From an uncultured bacterium (GTDB taxonomy: Bacteria; CAIJMQ01; JAADFP01; CAZSGC01): 42,502 nt of DNA. Shown one piece after another: positions 35,603 to 42,502 of this stretch. The notes under the pieces are model-generated. The model was given only the letters and a program-made list of their open reading frames with translations. It searched no databases and was not told the origin of the DNA. The stretch lies in the NCBI GenBank assembly GCA_964606225.1, contig CAZSGC010000001.1, positions 30,649-73,150 on the forward strand, read 5' to 3'. Every line of letters begins with the position of its first letter. Positions within the stretch are counted from its first letter, which is position 1. Position numbers and translations under genes: made by a program.

Positions 35603-36664
35603 ATGAGGGAAGAATCTTTAAAATTCTTGAAAAGATTAATCCAGACTCCTTCCCCTTCGGGGTATGAGGTGAGTATCCAAAAAATTATCCAGGAAGAACT
35701 TTCGGAAATCTGTGAGGAAGTAAGGAGAGATGTTCTGGGGAATGTAATAGGGGTGATAAATAAAGAAGGTAAGCCTCGGATAATGCTAGCAGGACACTGT
35801 GATGAGATTGGTCTTATGGTCAAATATATCTCCGAGGAAGGCTTCATCTACTTTACCCCTATAGGAGGGGTGGACCCCCATATCCTTCCTGGGAGGAAGG
35901 TTTATATTCATACTGGTAAAGGTAGAGTCACGGGGGTGATAGGTAGAAAACCTATACACCTTCTGGAAGAAGAGGAGAAGAAAAAAATTGAGAAGATAGA
36001 GAAGATGTGGATAGATATTGGAGCAAAGAGTAAGGAAGAAGCCTCTGAGAGAGTTTCTATAGGAGACCCCATTACCTTTGCCGAAGAACTGGAAAATCTT
36101 ACTGAAGACATTCTGGCAGGAAGAGGTTTTGACGACCGGATAGGGGCTTTTCTTATGGTGGAGATTATGAGGGAACTGGCGGAAGAAAAAATATCTGCCT
36201 CCCTTTTTGGAGTATCTACAGTACAGGAAGAAGTGGGACTTAGAGGTGCCAGACCCTCTACTTATGCTATTCATCCAGATATTGGTATCTGCTTGGAGGT
36301 GGGATTTGCCACTGATTATCCAGAAGTAAATAAGAAAAAGTTAGGAGAATATTTCTTAGGAGAAGGACCTCTTCTATCCCGGGGACCAAATATTAACCCG
36401 GTTCTCTTTGAACTCCTTACCCAGGTGGCGAAGGAAGAAGGGATTAAGATCCAAGTGGTAGGAGAACCCAGAGGCACAGGAACCGATGCCAATGTGATGC
36501 AACTTTCTCGGGAAGGAGTGGCAACCTGTCTGGTGAGTATTCCTTTAAGATATATGCATACTCCCGTGGAATTGCTTTCTCTTAAAGATGTTGAGAATAC
36601 TTTAAAACTGATAACTTCTTTCCTGAAAAGACTTTCTCCAGAAGTGGATTTGAGACCCAGATAA
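35603..36664 (+). CDS. M42-family metallopeptidase (FrvX/CelM-type aminopeptidase)
   Basis: Motifs include LIQTPSPSGYE, MLAGHCDEIG, GRGFDDRIG, VQEEVGLRGA and GTDA. GGAGGG lies upstream of the ATG. Confidence 0.85.
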   Translation: MREESLKFLKRLIQTPSPSGYEVSIQKIIQEELSEICEEVRRDVLGNVIGVINKEGKPRIMLAGHCDEIGLMVKYISEEGFIYFTPIGGVDPHILPGRKVYIHTGKGRVTGVIGRKPIHLLEEEEKKKIEKIEKMWIDIGAKSKEEASERVSIGDPITFAEELENLTEDILAGRGFDDRIGAFLMVEIMRELAEEKISASLFGVSTVQEEVGLRGARPSTYAIHPDIGICLEVGFATDYPEVNKKKLGEYFLGEGPLLSRGPNINPVLFELLTQVAKEEGIKIQVVGEPRGTGTDANVMQLSREGVATCLVSIPLRYMHTPVELLSLKDVENTLKLITSFLKRLSPEVDLRPR

Positions 36665-36677
36665 ATGGCAAGGAGAG

Positions 36678-37244
36678 ATGAAAAGAAAAATTGAAGAGAT
36701 ACTTAAAGAAAGTATCCGGGTAAAAGAGAAAATGTTATCTCAAGTAGAGGATATCCTGAGGATAACTCAATTTTTTCTCTCCACTTTGAAGAGAGGAGGA
36801 AGGATTCTTCTTTTCGGCAATGGAGGCTCTGCAGCAGATGCACAGCATATTGCAGGAGAACTGGTGGGCAGGTTCAGAAAGGAAAGAAAAGGAATTCCTG
36901 CTCTTGCCCTTACCGTGAACCCTTCTATCCTCACCTCTGTAGGCAACGATTACTCCTTTGAAGAGATTTTTTCCCGACAGATAGAGGCAATAGGGAGAAA
37001 AGAAGACCTGGCAGTGGGTATCTCTACTACTGGAAATTCACCTAATGTGATAAAGGGAATACTCAAAGCCAAGGAACTGGGCATGAAGACAGTGGGACTT
37101 TCCGGAGGAGAAGGAGGAAAACTTAAAGAGGTAGCAGATTTTACCTTGATAGTTCCTTCCAAGGAAACTCCCCGGATTCAGGAAGTTCATATCACCATAG
37201 GACATATTATCTGCGAACTGGTGGAAGAGGGGTTAGAGTCTTAA
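36678..37244 (+). CDS. gmhA: D-sedoheptulose-7-phosphate isomerase (SIS domain)
   Basis: Motifs include FGNGGSAADAQHIAGELVGRF, ALALT, SVGNDYSFE and ISTTGNSPNV. Confidence 0.9.
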   Translation: MKRKIEEILKESIRVKEKMLSQVEDILRITQFFLSTLKRGGRILLFGNGGSAADAQHIAGELVGRFRKERKGIPALALTVNPSILTSVGNDYSFEEIFSRQIEAIGRKEDLAVGISTTGNSPNVIKGILKAKELGMKTVGLSGGEGGKLKEVADFTLIVPSKETPRIQEVHITIGHIICELVEEGLES

Positions 37245-37577
37245 CTCCTCCCACTTTCCGATAATCTCTTCTACAGGAAGTAAAAGAAGAAAGCCGGTTT
37301 CTTCTTTCTCAAAATCAATGTTTTCCTCTCTCAAGATGGAGACCAAATCCTCCACTTTCTCCTTATCCTCCACCAGAGCCAGGATAATGCGATTATGTGT
37401 TCTTCCTTTTCGTGCAAATTGCCTTAAACCGGCAAAAATAGGCACTTCATGCATCAAAATATCGGTAATACGGGTGGATTCAATCACCGAGGCTCCCAGA
37501 ATCCCTGCTTCCACCATAGCAGAGAGAACCTGGTCTAAGAATTCTTCCCGATTAAGTATCACCAGTAATAACTTCAT
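37233..37577 (-). CDS. Small PII-like (double beta-alpha-beta) protein of unknown family, cotranscribed with the antiporter
   Basis: The 114-aa protein shows the pattern KLLLVIL / EEFLDQVLSAMVEAG / GASVIEST / 26-aa loop / NRIILALVE / KEKVEDLVSILREE / GFLLLLPVEE. The family assignment comes from the secondary-structure pattern only. Confidence 0.4.
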   Translation of the reverse strand: MKLLLVILNREEFLDQVLSAMVEAGILGASVIESTRITDILMHEVPIFAGLRQFARKGRTHNRIILALVEDKEKVEDLVSILREENIDFEKEETGFLLLLPVEEIIGKWEELRL

Positions 37578-37594
37578 AAGGTCATCCTATTTTA

Positions 37595-38806
37595 TCACAC
37601 ACCCTCTCTTATCTCTCCAGCCTTATAAAGTGACTTTCTGGTCATTATGGGACCCACAATCTCAGTTATGACCGTAGTGAAGAGAAGAATATTTATTACC
37701 AGTTTGGCTAAATTCTCTCCTGCCACTCCAAAAGAGGAAAAATCCTTCTCCACTACTACAGCCAGAGCAATAGCTACTCCTATCTGAGGCCAGAGACTGA
37801 ATCCCACATACTTTCTCACCACTGGAGGAGCCTTAGCCATTTTTGCTCCCAGAGAGGCTCCTCCCACCTTACCCAGCATCCTGGCTCCAGTATAAACCAA
37901 ACCCAGCCATCCAATAGTGGGAAGTAGGGAAACCTCCAGTTTAGTTCCTGCTAAAAAGAAGAAGGCAGCAATTATGGGGAATCCTGCCAGATTCAGAGTA
38001 TCCATACATTGCACAAACCTACGAGTATGTCCCAGATTGCTTCCCACAAAAGCCATAACCATAATGGAGAGAAGTTCGGAGAGATGAAACTGGTGGGCAA
38101 GACCTTCCACAAGTAAAATCATTCCCACAAGTAAAGTAAAATTTTGGGTTCGTTCTCTTACCCGGGTAAAGAAAAAACCTAAAATTACTCCTCCTCCTAA
38201 TCCCAGGACAATGGAACCCATTATTTCCTTTAAAGGAACTAAAAAAGCAGAAGAGAAACTTAAAGGAATTCCAGCCAGAAAAACCTTGGCTAAGGAAGCA
38301 GCAAAACCATAAATAATTAAAGCAATAGCATCATCACTCCCCACCACTCCTAAGATAGTAGTGGTAAGGGGACCCCGAGCCCGGTATTGATTTATCACCG
38401 CCACCGTAGCAGCAGGAGCAGTAGCAGAAGCCACAGCTCCCAGAATAAGAGCAGTATAAATCTTCTCCTTCATAAACATCATGAAGATAGTGACCAGTAA
38501 AAAGGCAAAGAAAGATTCCAAAAGGGCAATACATAAAATGCTCTTTCCCAACCTTCTGAGTCGAGTAATATGAAGTTCTCCCCCGATAAGGAAAGAGATT
38601 ATTCCTAAAGCCAAATCATTGAGGATACTTACTCTTTCCACCGCCTGGGGACTTATGAGATTAAAGAAAGATTTACCCAGAAGAACTCCCATTATCACGT
38701 ATCCGGTAACCATGGGAATACGGAAACGGTTTATAAGGTTTCCCCCCAGAAGAGCGAAGAGAACAGCAGAGCCGATTATAGTTAGAACACTAATCTCTCC
38801 CCACAT
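37595..38806 (-). CDS. Cation:proton antiporter (CPA2 / Na_H_Exchanger family), membrane domain only
   Basis: The 403-aa protein is hydrophobic throughout, with about 11-12 TM segments. Motifs include MVTGYVIMGVLLGKS, LIGGEL and FFFLAGTKL. There is no C-terminal KTN/RCK domain. Confidence 0.8.
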   Translation of the reverse strand: MWGEISVLTIIGSAVLFALLGGNLINRFRIPMVTGYVIMGVLLGKSFFNLISPQAVERVSILNDLALGIISFLIGGELHITRLRRLGKSILCIALLESFFAFLLVTIFMMFMKEKIYTALILGAVASATAPAATVAVINQYRARGPLTTTILGVVGSDDAIALIIYGFAASLAKVFLAGIPLSFSSAFLVPLKEIMGSIVLGLGGGVILGFFFTRVRERTQNFTLLVGMILLVEGLAHQFHLSELLSIMVMAFVGSNLGHTRRFVQCMDTLNLAGFPIIAAFFFLAGTKLEVSLLPTIGWLGLVYTGARMLGKVGGASLGAKMAKAPPVVRKYVGFSLWPQIGVAIALAVVVEKDFSSFGVAGENLAKLVINILLFTTVITEIVGPIMTRKSLYKAGEIREGV

Positions 38807-38811
38807 AAAAA

Positions 38812-38826
38812 TCCTTTCGGAAAGGA
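38812..38826 (-). terminator. Short hairpin with a T-run after the ligase gene; weak intrinsic-terminator candidate
   Basis: The minus strand reads TCCTTT-CCG-AAAGGA followed by TTTTTATG. The T-run runs directly into the antiporter start codon. A TAAAAT lies 23 nt upstream of that ATG. Confidence 0.3.
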
Positions 38827-38845
38827 AGTATTTTACTCCTGTCTT

Positions 38846-40540
38846 CTAAGAATTGCCACTTTCCAGTCCTTCGGATGGAAAAAGGTAACCCTGAACCCTC
38901 TCTTCTATTCTCCCTTTATATCGGAATTGCTGGTGGTAAAGTTTTTTCAAAGTCTCTAAGGTATCTGCTTCTTCAGGAATCTTATCCTCCCTTATCCTTT
39001 CTATGCGAGCAAACCTTAAAGCAAATCCAGAAGGGTAATGGGGGCTCTTCTGAATTTCATTAAAACTTACCTCCACCACCACCTTAGGTTTAACTATTAC
39101 TTTACCCCCCTCTTCCTTTATCTTGAGAGAAAGAAGAGTAGCGGTTATTTCTTCAAATTCTTTATCGGAAAGCCCCTTAAAAGTTTTACCCACAGGTAAA
39201 AATTTCCCTTCTTCAGTTCTTACCCCTAACTGGAAATCAGAAAGCCACCTTCTCCTTCTTCCATGCCCCCATTCAGCGGATATAATTACCAGGTCTAAGG
39301 TTAAGGTGGGCTTAACTTTTAGCCATAATTTACCCCTGATACCAGGAATATAGGGGCTATCCCATTTCTTAACCATTAATCCCTCATGACCTTCTTTTAT
39401 AGACTCTTCCAGTAATCTTTCCCCTTCTTCTACACTCTTTATCTTTACAGAACTTGCCAGAGGAAAAGGAAGATTCAGTTGGGAAAGAATCTCTCTCCTT
39501 TTCCAGTAAGGCTCTTTAAAGAGTGGTTTTCCTTCCAGCATCAAAATATCAAAAAGATATAACTCCACAGGTATCTCCTGGGCTATTCTTAAGACACTCT
39601 TCTTCTCCTGAAATCTTCTCATCAATTGCTGAAAAGGGAGAGGTTTACCTTCTATTCCTTTCCCTATCACTTCTCCTTCCACCACAAACACAGAATCCAC
39701 TTTCTCTATCTTATGGATTATTTCGGGAAGATAAGGGGTGACCTCTTTCCGGTGACGGGAGAAAATCCTCACCTCTCCTTCTCCCTTGTGAACCTGAACT
39801 CTTACTCCATCCAGTTTATACTCTACAAAAACCTTCCCCTGATGATATTGGAAGGCTTCTGATAAAGAATGAGCAGTATCCGCCAGCATGGGGTAAAAAG
39901 GAGTGAAGAGAGTAAATTTGTGCTCCTTTAAATTTTCTGGATGATGGAGAACCAGACCAGCAATTTCCTCCAAAGGCTTACCTTGAAGGATCAATTCCTC
40001 TACCTCCTCCCTCTTCACCTTTCCTATACGAAGGAGAGCCTCTTTTATTAATCCCTCCTTCACTCCATGCCTCATCTCCCCTATCAGATTTTTTATCAGA
40101 TACTTTACCTCTAAGGGAGAGAGAAGGGAGATAAGTTCAAGGAGTCGCTCTTTCTTTCTCTTCTGGGAGGATTCTCCTTCTATCCGGGCAATTTCCTTCA
40201 ATGCCTCATAAATCTCTCCCACGGTAAAAGATGAAGGAGGGTGAGGATATCTCTGGCTTCTCACTTCATAAACCGCTTCTCCAAAATCTCCTTTCTCTTT
40301 AAGAATTCTCCAAAATTCCTCATTTCCAAATAGCTGATAAAGGGTAGCCTCTCCCAGGAAAGATTTTAACTCAGGATGAGAAAAGGGCTTACCCAGAAGA
40401 AGAACAATCCCTGCACTCACTTCCTCCTCATTTAAGTTTTTAAGGAACTGCACAATCTTTTCTATCTTCTTATTCCTTTCCCTTATACCCTGAAGTTCCT
40501 CACAAACTTGAGCCAACTGGATAAACTTCAAACCACCCAT
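38846..40540 (-). CDS. ATP-dependent DNA ligase, three-domain (DBD, adenylation, OB) archaeal/eukaryal Lig1-like type
   Basis: Motif I is EYKLDGVRVQVH and motif III is VVEGEVI. Motif IV is EGLMVK and motif V is WLKVK. An N-terminal ~220-aa DNA-binding-domain-like region is present. Confidence 0.9.
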   Translation of the reverse strand: MGGLKFIQLAQVCEELQGIRERNKKIEKIVQFLKNLNEEEVSAGIVLLLGKPFSHPELKSFLGEATLYQLFGNEEFWRILKEKGDFGEAVYEVRSQRYPHPPSSFTVGEIYEALKEIARIEGESSQKRKKERLLELISLLSPLEVKYLIKNLIGEMRHGVKEGLIKEALLRIGKVKREEVEELILQGKPLEEIAGLVLHHPENLKEHKFTLFTPFYPMLADTAHSLSEAFQYHQGKVFVEYKLDGVRVQVHKGEGEVRIFSRHRKEVTPYLPEIIHKIEKVDSVFVVEGEVIGKGIEGKPLPFQQLMRRFQEKKSVLRIAQEIPVELYLFDILMLEGKPLFKEPYWKRREILSQLNLPFPLASSVKIKSVEEGERLLEESIKEGHEGLMVKKWDSPYIPGIRGKLWLKVKPTLTLDLVIISAEWGHGRRRRWLSDFQLGVRTEEGKFLPVGKTFKGLSDKEFEEITATLLSLKIKEEGGKVIVKPKVVVEVSFNEIQKSPHYPSGFALRFARIERIREDKIPEEADTLETLKKLYHQQFRYKGRIEERVQGYLFPSEGLESGNS

Positions 40541-40610
40541 ATCCCCTCATTTTATAATATCTTATCCATGGTTGGAAAAGGGGATAAAATCTGGTAAGTT
40601 AGTCACAAGG

Positions 40611-42047
40611 ATGGGTAATTTGAATCTACACTTAGCAGGTGGTTTTGATGAGAGAAAAATAGAGGAAATAGTTGGTGGTGCCATAAGAGTTCTTGAGAAG
40701 ACAGGAATGGTTCTTGAGCATGAGAAGGCACTGAAGATGCTATCTGATATAAAGGGGATAAAGGTAAAGAATAAAAAAGTTCTCTTCAGTGAAGAAATAT
40801 GTAGAGAGTATCTTGAGAAATACAAAAAGGATGAGAGGAATCGCTCTCCACATAGAAAATTCAAACTGGAAGGTCCATGGAGCGCATTTTATTTTCTTGA
40901 CCCTAAGACACAGGATATAAGACCTGCTACCAAAGAAGACTTAAGATACTCCCTCCGTTTGCTTGAAGGGCTGGATATATATAGGAATGTTGCACCTCTC
41001 CAGGCAACCGATCTCCCTAAGGAGATCAAGGCTGTAACCGAATGCAAAATTGTTATTGAGAATGCACCAAGAACAGGAATGGCACCTCTTACTAACAAAC
41101 AGGATATAGAAACTGTGTATGAGATGTGTCAGGTTGTGGGTAGAAAACCGCCTATATGGAGCACAGAGATAACCATAAGTCCACTTAGACTAAATCCTGA
41201 GGCAATTGACCTTGTTCTTGAGTTTCTTGATAAGGGAATGATAATAGAAGGTGAACCAGGACCAATGATATCAGCAGGTTCAACAGGACCACTCCAATGT
41301 CCAGCATTCTTTATCCAGGGTCTTGCTGAATGGCTTGGTGGGTATATAGTTCTTCAATCTCTCAGTGGAGGTAAACTGGGTAATAATCCAGATTTTGCAA
41401 CTGTTTTTAATGGAGGATTAAGATTTGAACCAATCCATTTTGATATGAAGTATGCATCTCCAGCATTTGGTTCTGCAGAGTCTGTGATACTAAGATTCCT
41501 TACAAGACAGATATTCAGATATCTTGGTGGTGACCCCACGATAGGAGGTTCTATGCGGACAACCTCAAAATCCATAGATGCTCAGTGTATAGCGGAACGT
41601 TCCATGAACTGTCTCATAGAAGCACTGGATGGAGTAAAAGTATATGTAGGGGCTGGTATGCTGAGTATAGATGAGGCTTTCAGTCCTGAACTTGCAGTCA
41701 TAGATTCAGAAATTATAAAGTATGTGAAGAGAGTAACTGAAGGGATAGAGTATAAAGAAGGGATGGATGAGGCAGTTGAACTTATCTTGAGGGTCTCCCC
41801 TCAAGGGACATATCTAATGGATAGAACCACAGTTGAAAACTTTAGAAGATTCTTCTGGGATCCTGAAATTTTTGAACATACAACATTTGCACAATGGAAT
41901 GAGAAGGGAAGACCTGCTCTTAGGGAAAAAGTAAGACAAAAGATGGATGAAGTGATAAAGAGTTACTCTTTTAAACTTGATGAGAAAAAGCAGAAAGAAA
42001 TAGATAGGATCTACCACTCATATCTCAAGGAAAAGAGGGTATGCTAA
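40611..42047 (+). CDS. MttB-superfamily (trimethylamine methyltransferase-like) protein, non-pyrrolysine type
   Basis: The ~480-aa protein has an N-terminal pattern typical of MttB family members: IEEIVGGAIRVLEKTGMVLEHEKALKMLSDIKGIKVKNKKVLFSEE. ATG at 40611 is preferred over the tracked TTG at 40572. A TATAAT lies at 40553..40558. The call rests on motif-level recognition only. Confidence 0.55.
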   Translation: MGNLNLHLAGGFDERKIEEIVGGAIRVLEKTGMVLEHEKALKMLSDIKGIKVKNKKVLFSEEICREYLEKYKKDERNRSPHRKFKLEGPWSAFYFLDPKTQDIRPATKEDLRYSLRLLEGLDIYRNVAPLQATDLPKEIKAVTECKIVIENAPRTGMAPLTNKQDIETVYEMCQVVGRKPPIWSTEITISPLRLNPEAIDLVLEFLDKGMIIEGEPGPMISAGSTGPLQCPAFFIQGLAEWLGGYIVLQSLSGGKLGNNPDFATVFNGGLRFEPIHFDMKYASPAFGSAESVILRFLTRQIFRYLGGDPTIGGSMRTTSKSIDAQCIAERSMNCLIEALDGVKVYVGAGMLSIDEAFSPELAVIDSEIIKYVKRVTEGIEYKEGMDEAVELILRVSPQGTYLMDRTTVENFRRFFWDPEIFEHTTFAQWNEKGRPALREKVRQKMDEVIKSYSFKLDEKKQKEIDRIYHSYLKEKRVC

Positions 42048-42051
42048 TTCT

Positions 42052-42502
42052 TTACTTGAATTGGGGCAAAAATTCCTTTGAGTTAACCAATAACTCCTCA
42101 AACATCTTCTCCGCTTTCTCAGGAGGAATTGCCTGAGGGTCAAGCATAAGGGCTTGAAGGGCAATATTTCGGTCACCTTTTACACCTGCATCTACTACCA
42201 ATTCCTGCCAGGCAATTATCCTCTCAAGGTGCCCTTTCAAAACTAAAGGTGCCTCTCCCATATAAACTGGTCTTACACCAAAAGAATTGGTAACACCTTC
42301 AACCTCTAAAATTGCTGTAACAGGAAGATTACTAACTGCACCCTGGTTAGGAATATTGACTATATGAATATGTCTTTTACCAAGAGCAATGGCTTCTATT
42401 AGTTTACCCAAAGATTCTAAACTGGCTAAAGATTCTCTTTCTTGAGGGAGAGTAACTTTATCCAAAAATTCTTTAAAATCTTTCATTACTGCTTCTCTAC
42501 TT
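42052..42502 (-). CDS. Glycoside hydrolase family 4 (alpha-glucosidase / 6-phospho-glucosidase type), C-terminal part only; the gene probably continues beyond the right edge
   Basis: The sequence HIVNIPNQGAVSNLPVTAILEVEG..VRPVYMGEAPLVLKGHLERIIAWQELVVDAGVKGDRNIALQALMLDP matches the GH4 C-terminal domain. Full-length GH4 enzymes are about 440 aa. Confidence 0.7.
   Translation of the reverse strand, partial: SREAVMKDFKEFLDKVTLPQERESLASLESLGKLIEAIALGKRHIHIVNIPNQGAVSNLPVTAILEVEGVTNSFGVRPVYMGEAPLVLKGHLERIIAWQELVVDAGVKGDRNIALQALMLDPQAIPPEKAEKMFEELLVNSKEFLPQFK

Noticed and set aside
40562-40864. A 100-aa minus-strand ORF overlapping the 5' end of the MttB-like gene. Other antisense ORFs inside it lie at 40889..41098, 41354..41575 and 41814..42017.
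   Set aside because: These are shadow ORFs opposite a gene with family-level similarity, and they have hydrophobic or low-complexity translations.
40541-42502. An impression that the last 2 kb (MttB-like and GH4 genes) has weaker purine skew and different codon preferences. That could indicate a horizontally acquired segment or an assembly junction.
   Set aside because: It cannot be quantified by eye. The divergent promoter region with the ligase gene looks normal, and no repeats, tRNA or integrase mark a boundary. Testing it needs a k-mer or codon-usage calculation.

Overview
This 42.5-kb window comes from an AT-leaning bacterium whose coding strands are visibly purine-rich (GA-rich). It is probably a diderm, because the LPS genes kdsB, lpxD and gmhA are present. 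Positions 1-30,033 form one co-directional minus-strand block. The left 21 kb is a type IV pilus (T4aP)-like cluster, listed here in transcription order from high to low coordinates: pilB-pilT-pilB-pilC, then a PilR/PilS-like sigma-54 two-component pair, two GspG-type pilins, GspH/I/J-like minor pilins, a 965-aa GspK/PilX-like protein, a 1107-aa secreted LamG/Ig-like protein in the slot normally held by PilY1, a pilM-pilN fusion, pilO-like and pilP-like genes, and a TPR protein that runs off the left edge. No prepilin peptidase or secretin lies inside the window. Upstream on the same strand are a HAMP histidine kinase, an NtrC-type regulator, lpxD, an isocitrate-dehydrogenase-family gene, purA, tRNA-Lys, tRNA-Glu, kdsB and pyrG. 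The right 12 kb is mixed-strand housekeeping: a CCA-adding enzyme, a sugar-phosphate isomerase-like protein, acylphosphatase, an MBL hydrolase, TrkH/KtrB, an M42 peptidase, gmhA, a PII-like protein with a CPA2 antiporter, a three-domain ATP-dependent DNA ligase, an MttB-family methyltransferase and a GH4 fragment. By eye I found three sigma-54 (-24/-12) promoter matches, located before the pilin operon, the LamG gene and lpxD. I also found five sigma-70-type promoters whose -10 box sits 7-9 nt from the start codon, which suggests leaderless first genes. No CRISPR array, IS element or integrase was seen. All domain calls rest on motif recognition only, with no database search.
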